Below are positions 52,263 to 63,972 of a stretch of 64,000 bases of DNA, piece by piece (the stretch's first letter is position 1; every line of letters starts with the position of its first letter). A model generated the notes under the pieces. It was not told where the DNA came from. It did no database searches and worked only from the letters and a program-made list of their open reading frames with translations. The position numbers were made by a program, and so were the translations under genes. Source of the DNA: Balanoglossus misakiensis (Eukaryota; Animalia; Hemichordata); assembly GCA_040954595.2 (NCBI GenBank), contig CM082583.2, positions 11,235,656 to 11,299,655 of the forward strand. Direction: 5' to 3'.

Positions 52263-55200
52263 TTCGTGTGACGATGTTGGTACAATCGCGTATATCTGTC
52301 GTGTGAATTATTTCGGTGAGGTGCGACTTCTTAATGATATGAACAGATTGCACTTTGATCTCGCGTTACTTAAGATGGGACACTCGTATCTTTTTGCCGG
52401 TTGCCATGGGCCTTTATAGGACAACACATTCTGTTTTGAACGAAACCGCTGTGAACGTACAACCAGGGGCTTGCAACTAGTTGAAAATATACAATTTAGC
52501 AAGCCATGGAGCGCTTGACGACTGGGGCAATTACCATGGGGAAGGGTTGAGAATGGGGTAAAAATGGAAGGTCGAGTAATGTGTTTATAGTTTCGCTCGG
52601 GTTCTTCTTTCAAAAATCATAAAAATTACCGGGTCGGCCCTTTTATATATCAAACACAATTTGTCCAGACAGACAGACAGACAGAAATCGTTATAACAAT
52701 AACTCCTGGACCATTGTTAGAACACGGGAATTAATTATACCGTCTCCTGATTTTGGCCCCGTCATCGCACGCACACTGGGAAGGGAATCCGTATGGAAGG
52801 TGATCACAGCACAATGTAATCAACGTCTTCGCCTCTATTCATACGCAAATAACTCTATCTTACCACACCTATATTATGACAAGTCGTACTGAACTGTCAG
52901 TACAGTAAGAATCGTGCGTGCACGCTGTAATCATGGAGAGGTACGTACATGCTCCATGCTGTAATTGGTAATCGTTCGATTATCGTGAGTCAATTTCACA
53001 ATTAGACGACATGTCTGGATGTGTGGTTTGTTCCCGATGGTGGTAAGCCAGTTGTGATAGGGACCGTGAAGTAATTCTACGCGAGCCGATGCTTCTTGTG
53101 TGAATACTGTGTGGTTGAGAGAGAGAGAGAGCAAGAAAAGAGTCGAACAAATTGAGCAAATTTTTCTACTGGTCAGGAGGAGCTGTTTTTGTTGCGCTTT
53201 TAAATATATAACGATATCCACATTCCACTAGAGTTGTAAAATTCTGCAATCTCGCCACAAGCAACGATTTCCATCGAATCGTCGCTGCATAGTCACCTGG
53301 TCTAGTAAAACGGTGAGTTGGCTTTTCCTTGGTTTGAACTTTGAACTCTTGAATGGGGAGAACATGGACCGTACATAATAGTTTGTGGGGTGACCATGGT
53401 TCATATTTTATTATTCGACTGGCATCTTTTTAATACAATTACGACGGTGGGGTGGGGGTGAGGGGGGGGGGGGCTCTTCGCAAAGTCGACTGACTATGCT
53501 AGCAGCGACCATACTTGCAGGGCAGCCTATGCCTAAACATACATATGCGTTATATAAGGGGGATTACAGGCAGTATGTTTTCTTGTCCAAACGATATTCT
53601 CAGTCACAAATGCCCTCTACAAAGTTCTTGCTGTTTCTCACACGTGCGTACAGATAACCGTAGACACCTCAGTTTTCGTTGAATAATTCAAGATAATCCC
53701 TGTCACAGTACCTCCATGATGTAGGGACTGTGTCCGTATGTTCAACTCACTGTTGTTTCAGGTGCAAAAATACCGATGTTCTCGGGATTAATGTGTTGTA
53801 GTTTTTTTGTTTCATGAGGTCAGTGCCTTGCTGTAGACAAAGAGGCAATTAGGCCTATTTAACACTATTGAAATCAAAAAGGTCTACGTATACGCAAATG
53901 CTCGCTGGGCGCTGTACAAACACAGGATCCACCCACTATTCACTGAAAGACATAAAATAATTGTATTTCTGTAGAGGTTCTATTCATTGCATTTACAACT
54001 TCATTGACCGGTCTGTGTGCGCTCTGATGCAGTGCACGTATACAGCGAGTTTCGACAAAGCCTCTTGTACCCATTACTGCATAGACGGTGGGTCGGTCCG
54101 GTTCGGTCACAAAATGTACCATCACACCTTCCTTGGCGAAATCTGACAACAGGGCGATTAGTGTGACATGGAAAAGACATCGCATTTCAAGTATTTGTGA
54201 CGTCATTGCTGTCTTTTTAAGTGGCCTGTTTGGAAATTCTAAACCGCTTTACTGGATGAACTCAGAGGCGACAAAACGCCCAGACAAAGCGCGATATGAT
54301 AAACGGTAACAATGATGGGTGTAAACCTTGCAGCGTCTACCTATTATGGGCAGTGTCTTCATTCAAAAAATAGGTCTTGACATTCAACCATGTTCGAGAA
54401 CTACTCTACCACGAATCTCCAGCCTACGAGAACTCAGTGATTATTAGCAAGGGATTGTGTCAAGGTTAGCAGGTAATTTGTCACTGACTATATTTATCAC
54501 ATGTTTGGATGGAAAACGCGTTTAGCAATTACAGTTTCGATTTCCTTCCGCTGTAACAGGTGTTTTCGCCTCCAACTGGATTTCCATTATAACAATCACG
54601 CTCTATTAACACCGTTGGCATGGTCACACACCAGACATCTGATTTCCTCTTGTGTCGGTATAAACACGATATTGGGGGCACGTCGGTTGCGGCGATACAA
54701 GTGGTATCTCTTCTCCGTGCCTGGTGGGTGATCATAGCAACGGTTCAACAAGTTGGGATCAGACTTATGCAATTCAAATGTAGTGATATTTTGACAAGTA
54801 TTTGCGCTGTGGTTCTGAGCTTCACAGGTGTTCTGTCAGTGCAGTGACCCTTTGACCTCTCAAAATACAATGAGGCCTCAACACCATAAACGTCTTTCGT
54901 GGAATGGTCTGGTGAAGCCCAAACAAAGAGTTTCTGTCGATCCTCAAAAGCGAAAGTCTTCTTCCGAACTCAAGATTAACGGAATGCTCTAATCTGTTTG
55001 TTTTGTGTCAGAGTAAGAAGATTACAGCCTACCCATGAAGCGCGGGTAGTAAACATGCCTATTTAAAGTATGTGGTGCATCCTGGGATAGCTTTATATGA
55101 CCGACGACCAGTTTCCGCCGAACTCCAACTGTACCTGGCCCAGTCGTGCAAAGCAGGTGGCCTCTGCGCTGTCACTGATAACATCAACGCCTGGGTAAGT

Positions 55201-56002
55201 AGAATACTGGGAAAATCTCGCGTTTTCAAACAATAATAATCGTACGATTCTGGAATGTTTTGTACCCATTTTGGTGTCTCCTATAGCAGAACGGTCATTG
55301 TGTGTTTGGGCGTCTCGCGAAACTGTATAATATTAAAATACATGCGTGTAGGCCTAGGCCCTACATGTATAGATTTCCTTGTTAGTGTTCAGACTTAACG
55401 CAAAGAACATCCGTATTTACCGTGAGTTGAGTAATGTCAAGTTATCTGTTCAAATCCATTGTTAACATTCTACCAATTACAGTGGTGATGGTTTTCATAT
55501 TGCATAAATATTACACGATCGTTTCCTTCCCTGGCGTGGAAATAAGCACATGTTTTTAAGTTACCAGCAGCTTTGTATTAAGTGTGAAGAGCTAAATCTG
55601 TAACAGACCGCATACAAACAGTGGTGTAGCATTTCCCGAGTAACGGGTCACGTCGACATTATTCCAAAACGACGCGTGTCATATTACGCTACCGTGGCGT
55701 GTTTTTGTATCCAGCATTAAAAATATTTGACTGCTTGTCCATATTCCCGTTGCCTCCAGAGGAAAGGTACCTCGTGTGTTGCCCGGGAACACCTTAAACG
55801 GTTGAAGCACGGTCTCTAAAGGCGTCATTGACCGCGAACTTGTCTATAATTATCCCTCTTGTCTTCCCTCTCCAGGAAAGTGACTTGACTCCAACTCGCA
55901 AAAGATGAAAACAATTTGAAGCCGTGATGTTGTAATCAGGTGCAGAGGTTACGTGCTTGCTTATTCGGATAAGTTCTTCACCAAGTGGTCCTTCGCAACA
56001 AC

Positions 56003-59000
56003 ATGGCGACACGACTCAGAAAGATCATCGTGGCCCTTCTCGTCTGTTCGGTGGTGAATTTCATCATCATGGTGAATGTCATCCTGAGAAGCGGCCAGAT
56101 TGGAAATTTGTCGCAACAGGGTCAGTTTATCTACAAGCGGACAACCAGGAGTGCGCAGGCCATGCAGACTACCACCGCGACTCCCACCTACGAGCAGGCG
56201 TGGCATTTGGCGAAGAATCTGACAGCGATTCTTCGGGAAAACCCGAACTTCTTCGCCATAGAACCAGAATTGGCTTGCAGCAGCATTGCTGGAGAAACAC
56301 AGACATTGCTGATCGTCGTCGCGTCCAAGCCGGAAAGCGTTGAAGCCAGGACCACCATCAGGGAAACTTGGGCCAAAGATGTCGGGAAAGACGGTGGCTT
56401 GGTCTTGTTCCTGCTTGGCAGGAGCAGAAACCCCGATGCGCAGGAGGCGGTCGTGAAGGAAAACGCACAGAATCGTGACCTCCTTCAGGTCGACCTCAGG
56501 GACAAAGCGTCAAGTTCAACGCAGAAGCTTGTGTCGTTGATGTACTGGGTGCGCCACAACTGCGCCGGTGCCATGTATGTCCTCAAAGTCGACGAGAAGA
56601 CGCTTGTTCTCCCTGGCAACTTGGCAGAGTTCCTTGAAGTCGCTCCAAAGACCGGTTTTGCGGGCGGTAGGCCTCTTCTAGACACTCATCCCGTGCGAAA
56701 CAAACAAAGCGTCTGGTATATCCCCGAATCCGTGTGGCCCGATTCCAGGTACCCTCCGTACTTAGAAGGATCCGCGTTTTTGCTATCCATGGACGTAATA
56801 TTGCGGGCGTCGGATTCATTTCAGAAACTTGTTTTCTTTCCATTCGAAGACGTTTATCTCGGCGTCATTCTGGAAGCGCTGGAATTAAACCTAACGCCCG
56901 TGAACAATTTCGACATCCATGGAACTTACAGAAGGATATGCCAAGTAAAGTCGTTGCTTTTGTCGACCAAATTCGAGCCGAGGCAAATGAGGAGATATTG
57001 GAAATCACTGAAGGCAGATCTTGAGACAAAGTGTGACACTCGGGACCCGTATTTGGAAAAACTTCAAGTCCAGCAGAACAACGGTGAACTGAAAGGCAGA
57101 ATTTTCAACGATTTCTCCTATCAATTCATCGTCAACCCGAGAAGCCGATGTGTTCCGGATTTTCCCGATGAAGAAGACATACGAGATGTTTTTCTTCTGA
57201 TAATAACGCCGTCTCGTCCGCAGAACTTGAAACAGAGAGATGTGATCCGAAATACGCGCGGAACAAGAAAGTTCATGCTTGGACAAAAAATAGTTCAACT
57301 ATTTCTCATCGGGAAGACGTTTAATAAGAAAACAGATGCCGCAGTTGCCGAAGAGAGTCTGAAACACGACGATGTTGTGATCGTTGACATGCACGACAAT
57401 TACAACAACATGACTCTGAAAACCGCAATGATGTTCAAGTGGGCCTCCGTTAACTGTCCAAATGCGAAGTACGTCATGAAATCAGACGATGACGTCTTCG
57501 TTCATTTGCATAATCTCGTCATCACCCTGGTAGATCAGTCCAGGTCTCGACTCGTTCTCGCTTACGTGCACAGAAAGACCTGGCCATTGAGGGACAGAAA
57601 GTATAAGTGGTATGTCAGCGAAGAAGAATGGCCTCTCGAGGAACCCTACCCTCCCTACCCAAATGGTCCAGCCTACGTCATGTCGTATGACGTAGCCACT
57701 GACGTGTACATGTCATCGTATACGACAGAATTATTTCGGTTTGAAGATGTTTACGTTGGAATAAATCTGCAGAAATTAGGCATTTATTCTACTCATAATA
57801 AGGGCTTTGACAGCTTTGGCAAACGCAGGACCATCTGTGAGCTGAAAGAATCACTAGCATCTCACTACGTCCCCGAGGATCTGATGTACAAATTTTGGCG
57901 ACAAACTGAGGAATGGGGCGAATTTGTACCGTGTAAGCAAGATGACGTCACACCCACGTACCGGAACATTAACGGAATTATTATCGATAACGGAAAAGCG
58001 ATTGGCCTGAAAAACATCACAAGTTCAGAGAAATCGAATAATTTACTCATAAACCACAAAGAAAAATGTTCTGAACGCACGAACCATCCGTATTTGCTAA
58101 TATGTGTTTTCAGTCAGCTGGCCAACACAAAATTGCGGGCAGCGATACGTGAGACGTGGGGTATGCACAATCAAGAAGTTCTCGGTGTTAGGGTAGAAAC
58201 CTTATTTTTTGTAGGCGTGGACATCAACAATGTCGAAACCCAAGTGGCCATAAAGAATGAGGATGAAATATATGGCGACATTATCCAAAGTAATTTCATC
58301 GAATCTTACGAGCACGAGGTCCTGAAAACGTTGACTATGTTACACTGGACATCTCGGTTTTGCGCAGGCGCGGGTTTTCTTGTCAAAGTGGACGATGACG
58401 CCTTCTTAAACGTCAGAAATATGATTGGATTTCTTAAAGCTTGGCCGACAGACGAGTTATATTTGGGGAATGTCAGGTTAAACGCCGCTGCAGACAGAAG
58501 CGAGACTTCAAAATGGTACACGCCTGTTGAAGTCTGGGATCGAACGACATACCCGCCATACGTAGGCAATGCCTACGTGCTTTCCTTGAGTGTGGTTCAG
58601 ATGGCCGTAAGAGCCACTTTTGAGATGCCAGTTTTCAAATGGGAAGATGTTTATATCGGAATACTTCTTGAGAAGCTGGGAGTTCATCCGTATCCACACA
58701 TACACTTCGATCTGACTGGCGCCTATCGTTCCAATTGCGCGTTGCAGTCTTCCATGGTTTCTAGTCATTTCTCGGCAGAAATGACCAGAAAATATTGGAA
58801 AATCTTGCAAAGTGGTGCAACTGACGGCGACGACTGTCAAATCTCGTCCCTGGGCAAACTTAAGCCTAACTTCGGAGACGGAGAAGTGGTTTTAAGTTCG
58901 GAACAGTGTTCGACGGACGATGCCGACGCGAATTCCCCGTTCCTCGTTATGTTGGTCTTTACACCACCCGATCAACTCGAAAACAGAAACGCGGCTCGTC

Positions 59001-62000
59001 TGACGTGGGCTCGCAGAAACACCGTTCTCGGAAAGCATGTAGAAGTCAGGTTTGTCGTAGGCAAGTCGAGCGACAAGGGAATACGAACGATTATTGAAAA
59101 CGAGGCTAAAATCCACCCCGACATCATCATCTCAGAGGCGACTGAAAGCGTTGACAATTCTACTTTAAAACAAATATCCGCGCTACACTGGGTTCATTCT
59201 ATATGCCCATTCACAAAATTCGTCATGATCGTCCCTCCGGAAAGTTTCGTCAACATCGATAACGTTGTCACCTATTTACTTCACGCCCCGCAAACCCATC
59301 ACATGACGTGTCACCTGAAGCGAAATACTAAGCCAATCAGAAGCGTGGACAGTCAATGGTATGTTTCCAAGGATGACTGGCCGCTCGACTATTTCCCTCC
59401 GCACTGCAATGACAAAACCGCCTCAATAATGTCAATGGACGTCGTGAAAGAAATCCTGTATCACTCTCACAACCAGAAGCTAGTCAAGTTCCCCGATGTA
59501 CACATCGGCATGATCTTACAGACGCATCTCAAAAATGTCAGACTCTCCCACAACACGGCATTTGACATCAAAGGAACGGCACACCGTCTGCAAGATGGCG
59601 GAGCTGACGACATCTGTGGCTTGGACAGCGTCATGGTAACCAACGATTTCACCGGCCAGCTCATGCAGTATGTCGTTAAACAGATTTTAGAAGGCAACTT
59701 CGCAAAGTGTTCGGCGCAGCGACGAAAGGAAATTTCCGACACCAACTCGGAGATGAAGAGTAACCGAGAGAAATCTAGAAATATTCAGTATGAATTGATG
59801 GCGAAATTTGCCAACGAAACAGCGGTCAATAAACATGACATTCCCCTGATTATTGACCACCCTGAGAGGTGCCGACGTCATCGAAAGGGTGTCTTCCTGT
59901 TGATCATTGTGAGGACAGAACCTGGCCACAAATCCTATCGGAACGCCATCAGAGCCACGTGGTCCAAAGAGAGTAGCGTCGAGGGAGTGGTCGTTGAGCA
60001 CATCTTTCTTGTCGGGCGGCCAAAAGATCCAAAACTGCAGGAAGAAATCTGGACCGAAGACGAAATGAATGAAGATATCGTGCAAGGGGACTTTGTCGAC
60101 GTGTTCGCCAACCAGACCGTCAAAACGTTGATGGCTCTGCAGTGGGCATCGCAGCGTTGTCCGGACGTCAAATACGCCATGATAACCCAGTCGATTACCT
60201 TCGTTCACGTGTCAAACCTGATTCTCTATTTGAAAACCTCGTTTGCTCAAGAAAATGACCTGGTCGTGGGGCACATCCTTAAAGACTCAAAACCGGTGAG
60301 AAACGCGAAGAGCATGTTCTACGTTCCCGTTGAGGTTTACCCAGAAGAGACGTATCCTCCATACCCCGAGGGCAGGGGATACCTTATGTCTGGGGATGTT
60401 GTGCATAAGACCTACGTCACATCACAGTACACCGCCTTATTTCCATGGGAAGATGTGTACGTCGGCATGCTGCTCCGGAAACTGTCGATAACTCCGCGGG
60501 CGCACTCGGACTTCATCAGCGAATCGTTAAAAGAAGTCCCGGACGTCTGCTACATGAGAAATGCCTTCACCTGGAACGTGGTCGGGCCGGAGGCGATAGG
60601 CGCATCGTACCAAAAATTACAACACAGTCAAAACATCTCATGTTTCGAAGAAGACCAGATCAAACCGGACCTGTATGATTTCAAGGTAACAAGTGAACAG
60701 GTGTGCAAAAGACAGTCAGGCAACGTGAATTTGTTGATTGCTGTGGTCACGTCGCCGTACAATTTTGGTCGTCGACGAGCAATCCGCGAGACGTGGGGCA
60801 TGCACTACGAAAACCTGACAGATTTCGACGTGACAACCGTTTTCATGCTCGGAATGACACGTGATGCAGAAACGAGCTTTATGCTCCAAGAAGAGAGCGC
60901 CTACTACCGCGACATCGTTCAAATCAACTTCGTTGACAGTTATCGAAATTTGACGCTGAAAACAGTTATGCTGTTGAAATGGGTGGCGACCTATTGTCCC
61001 AATACCAATTTTGTCATGAAAGTCGATGATGATGTGTTCGTGAACATAAGGAACGTGGCGACCGCACTCCGCGAAGCGCCAACTACAGGATACTCATGGG
61101 GTCGCACTTTCTTCTATCAATGGCCAGTGCGAGATCCGAAACATAAAAATTACACCCCTCGCGACTTGTGGCCGGACAGGTTCTTCCCGCCGTACAACTC
61201 TGGACCTTGCTATGTGATGTCCGCTGACGTTGTCAAAGATGCATATAAAGCTTCATTCGGCGCCAAGCGATTTCTCAATGAAGACGTCTTCATGGGGATT
61301 CTTCAGCAAAATGTCGGCGTTAATCCGCAGCGGGATGTTCGCTTCGATATCGGTGGAGACGCTCGGGATTTGTGCGCTCTACGCCAAATCATAGCAACTC
61401 ACAAAGTGATGGCGAGAGACATGTACAAGTTCTGGTACTGGTTAGATGCTCACAAGGACGTTAATTGCACCGAGGATAATTTGCCGGATAGACACTTTGG
61501 TCTTTATTACCAAAATCAGACGAGTTGGCAAGAGAAAAAATATGCATTTCATATGGCCAATCAACAGTTTTGCTCTAAATCTCTCACTTCGCTTGTCGGT
61601 AAAGCGAAAAAGTCTATTTTGGTCATGGTTAGCAGTCAGACCGGCAACTTTGAAGCAAGGGCTGCGATTAGAGATACGTGGGGCCGTTTCCACGACAGCG
61701 ATAACGCCATAATGTCTACGCTCTTCTTCGTCGGAGAAACCGCCAACCACACAGAACAGGTCCTCCTCCGGAAAGAGTCCAGTTTCCATGGCGATATCGT
61801 TCAAACAAATGTTCCTGGTTACCACCACTATGCCACTTTCAAAACAATCGCCTCGTTTCTGTGGTTAGACGACTACTGCGGTGACTTCGACTTTGTCATC
61901 AAGACTGACGACGGCACTTTCTTAAACTCGCAGATGTTTTTGCGCTACTTCAAGACGAAGGCGCCGCCAACGAGTAACTTCGTGGCGGGGAGCGTTATCG

Positions 62001-62365
62001 CGGCTTCCAGACCAGTCCGTGACGCCCGCAGTCCGTATTACACGCCAGAGGAAGTCTGGCCGCGGGAACAGTTTCCACTCTACGTGGAAACACCAACGTA
62101 CATTCTTTCGATGGATGTGGCGAAAAGGCTGAACTCGGTGGCCAGGACAACGCAGCCCACAATCTGGGAAGATGTTTTCGTTGGACTGTTGCTTCAGAAA
62201 CTCAACATATGGAAGCCGGTGGCAGTCACTGGACTCGATTTCAAAGGCACGAAACGCGTCACCTGTGAATACAGCTCATCGCTCGCAACGGCGTTTTTCA
62301 CTCCAAATCAAATGCGCACTTTCTGGCAGGAATTTAACGCGGATACCGTCTGCTCCGATCTATAA
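56003..62365 (+). CDS. Type II membrane protein with seven tandem GT31 (beta-1,3-galactosyl/GlcNAc-transferase, Galactosyl_T) domains; 2,120 aa in a single coding exon
   Basis: ATG at 56003, TM anchor IIVALLVCSVVNFIIMVNVIL, then seven repeats of the motif series R.aIReTW / F..G / E...D / K.DDD.F / YPPY..G.aY..S / EDVy.G. Candidate upstream non-coding exon donor GG|GTAAGT at ~55195. Confidence 0.93.
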   Translation: MATRLRKIIVALLVCSVVNFIIMVNVILRSGQIGNLSQQGQFIYKRTTRSAQAMQTTTATPTYEQAWHLAKNLTAILRENPNFFAIEPELACSSIAGETQTLLIVVASKPESVEARTTIRETWAKDVGKDGGLVLFLLGRSRNPDAQEAVVKENAQNRDLLQVDLRDKASSSTQKLVSLMYWVRHNCAGAMYVLKVDEKTLVLPGNLAEFLEVAPKTGFAGGRPLLDTHPVRNKQSVWYIPESVWPDSRYPPYLEGSAFLLSMDVILRASDSFQKLVFFPFEDVYLGVILEALELNLTPVNNFDIHGTYRRICQVKSLLLSTKFEPRQMRRYWKSLKADLETKCDTRDPYLEKLQVQQNNGELKGRIFNDFSYQFIVNPRSRCVPDFPDEEDIRDVFLLIITPSRPQNLKQRDVIRNTRGTRKFMLGQKIVQLFLIGKTFNKKTDAAVAEESLKHDDVVIVDMHDNYNNMTLKTAMMFKWASVNCPNAKYVMKSDDDVFVHLHNLVITLVDQSRSRLVLAYVHRKTWPLRDRKYKWYVSEEEWPLEEPYPPYPNGPAYVMSYDVATDVYMSSYTTELFRFEDVYVGINLQKLGIYSTHNKGFDSFGKRRTICELKESLASHYVPEDLMYKFWRQTEEWGEFVPCKQDDVTPTYRNINGIIIDNGKAIGLKNITSSEKSNNLLINHKEKCSERTNHPYLLICVFSQLANTKLRAAIRETWGMHNQEVLGVRVETLFFVGVDINNVETQVAIKNEDEIYGDIIQSNFIESYEHEVLKTLTMLHWTSRFCAGAGFLVKVDDDAFLNVRNMIGFLKAWPTDELYLGNVRLNAAADRSETSKWYTPVEVWDRTTYPPYVGNAYVLSLSVVQMAVRATFEMPVFKWEDVYIGILLEKLGVHPYPHIHFDLTGAYRSNCALQSSMVSSHFSAEMTRKYWKILQSGATDGDDCQISSLGKLKPNFGDGEVVLSSEQCSTDDADANSPFLVMLVFTPPDQLENRNAARLTWARRNTVLGKHVEVRFVVGKSSDKGIRTIIENEAKIHPDIIISEATESVDNSTLKQISALHWVHSICPFTKFVMIVPPESFVNIDNVVTYLLHAPQTHHMTCHLKRNTKPIRSVDSQWYVSKDDWPLDYFPPHCNDKTASIMSMDVVKEILYHSHNQKLVKFPDVHIGMILQTHLKNVRLSHNTAFDIKGTAHRLQDGGADDICGLDSVMVTNDFTGQLMQYVVKQILEGNFAKCSAQRRKEISDTNSEMKSNREKSRNIQYELMAKFANETAVNKHDIPLIIDHPERCRRHRKGVFLLIIVRTEPGHKSYRNAIRATWSKESSVEGVVVEHIFLVGRPKDPKLQEEIWTEDEMNEDIVQGDFVDVFANQTVKTLMALQWASQRCPDVKYAMITQSITFVHVSNLILYLKTSFAQENDLVVGHILKDSKPVRNAKSMFYVPVEVYPEETYPPYPEGRGYLMSGDVVHKTYVTSQYTALFPWEDVYVGMLLRKLSITPRAHSDFISESLKEVPDVCYMRNAFTWNVVGPEAIGASYQKLQHSQNISCFEEDQIKPDLYDFKVTSEQVCKRQSGNVNLLIAVVTSPYNFGRRRAIRETWGMHYENLTDFDVTTVFMLGMTRDAETSFMLQEESAYYRDIVQINFVDSYRNLTLKTVMLLKWVATYCPNTNFVMKVDDDVFVNIRNVATALREAPTTGYSWGRTFFYQWPVRDPKHKNYTPRDLWPDRFFPPYNSGPCYVMSADVVKDAYKASFGAKRFLNEDVFMGILQQNVGVNPQRDVRFDIGGDARDLCALRQIIATHKVMARDMYKFWYWLDAHKDVNCTEDNLPDRHFGLYYQNQTSWQEKKYAFHMANQQFCSKSLTSLVGKAKKSILVMVSSQTGNFEARAAIRDTWGRFHDSDNAIMSTLFFVGETANHTEQVLLRKESSFHGDIVQTNVPGYHHYATFKTIASFLWLDDYCGDFDFVIKTDDGTFLNSQMFLRYFKTKAPPTSNFVAGSVIAASRPVRDARSPYYTPEEVWPREQFPLYVETPTYILSMDVAKRLNSVARTTQPTIWEDVFVGLLLQKLNIWKPVAVTGLDFKGTKRVTCEYSSSLATAFFTPNQMRTFWQEFNADTVCSDL

Positions 62366-63081
62366 AATCTGGTGAATGCCATGCAAAGTCAGTTAACTTT
62401 GTTTTATTAATTCGTATTTTGCCCATAGGTAAAGTCCAAATCATGGTGTTGGCTATAAAGATTCAACAAAAATAAATTACCAGTTTTTTTCCCACAAGGA
62501 AATAAAAAATATCACGCACTTAGTATTCCGAAAGGGGGACATATCCGCTCCATGTTTCAACAGACAAAGTAGTATAGTTCACGTGTAAACGGATTATCGT
62601 TATGTTTTATGGAGTGATACTTTCAAATTCAAGTGTGCTAAGACTACCTTTGTCAATCTACGAATGTGCAATTTTAATAAATAAATCTTCACAATTTTAA
62701 CATTGAGTTCATTCCCTGACGAACACGTACCCCTGACATGAAACTTTTCATCAGCGGTAGCTCCCGTTGATGCAGTTGCAGTAATTCTGAAGCTTGTTAG
62801 GGCCTAAACCCAAAGCGACAACCACCATATTGCTTTTTTGAGGCCAAAAATGATGACGTCACTCATCATTTGAGTTACAATCGTTCTCATATTTGAATAC
62901 ATCATCTCCATATCTACAACATAACTTCTCAGGGTGAGTTCTTTTTAGAGAATTTAATATTTGTTTGGGGAAAACATGATTGACCATGGTTGGGAGAGTA
63001 GTGCAGTGGAAGTGTGCTCGAACGACCCTTGACCTGCTTTGACCTCTGGAGTTCATAAATAACAAACAACTGCACTTCAAT

Positions 63082-63972
63082 ATGGCTTCTCAGACAACAA
63101 ATCGACTTCTGCAGGTAACGTTATTTTTATTCTGTGTGACGTAGAGTTCTTTTAAGAATTTGTCGTCGATAAATACAGTTACCACTTGCACTTTTGGCTG
63201 TGGCTCTTACGATAGCATGAACGACCTATTCTATTGGCATTTTTCGAACGGCATAAAATTTGAAACGATCATCTGATCATGGACGTCCATGATCTGATGA
63301 ACCGTTGGCTATCGTTCCTTGAGTTCAATTTATGTGTGTTAATGTTCCCTTTTCAGGTAGCAAGGCAACATGTTCCTTTGATCAAATTCCGTGGAGGTAA
63401 AAGGCCCCCACAGTATACAGGTAATGGAATGATACTGTTTTGTTTAAACTGCTCACATAAATATATCTGCATTTGACAAACAGGGCTGATGAATTTTCTC
63501 TAACTAGCTGGGGGAACATTCCAAGCACTGTCTGGTTTGTTGAATATTTCTGGATACCATGAACAGTATTCCTTGTTTTAACTTGACCAAGCTTACTTCT
63601 TGTTTTGCACAGTATAAAGATGTTGATAGAGTATTTTCTTCCCGCCAGCCCCTCAAAGGATAACAGTGCCACAGCAAATCAGGGTACCTGCACAGGCAAC
63701 CTCGTTTGTTGTCAAAGGAACAAGTATGCGGGGTAGTGGTATAGATCACAGACAGTTACCAGATAAATACAGACAGAAACCTTTGACAGCTGAAGACATT
63801 GAAGCTATTGAGGTATGATATAAAACATTTTACCTGGTTTATGTTCTCCAAATAGACAGCCTTTTGTATATTTGTTTGCTTGTCTTATTCCTTGCACAAG
63901 TAGTGCTAATACATCCTTAATTAACTCATACCTCACGCTTTTCTTTTACAGATGGGAGGAAATATGCCATAA
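63082..63972 (+). CDS. MRPS36: Alpha-ketoglutarate dehydrogenase component 4 (KGD4/MRPS36)
   Basis: Exons 63082-63114, 63357-63420, ~63650-63812 and 63952-63972 give MASQTTNRLLQ|VARQHVPLIKF...LPDKYRQKPLTAEDIEAIE|MGGNMP*. This matches the family's HxPLIKF and LPxxYRxxPxxxEEIExIxxGG motifs. Confidence 0.88.

Noticed and set aside
55985-56002. ORF-track start at GTG 55985
   Set aside because: Eukaryotic gene. The ATG at 56003 has a good context (AACATGG) and directly precedes the cytosolic tail and TM segment.
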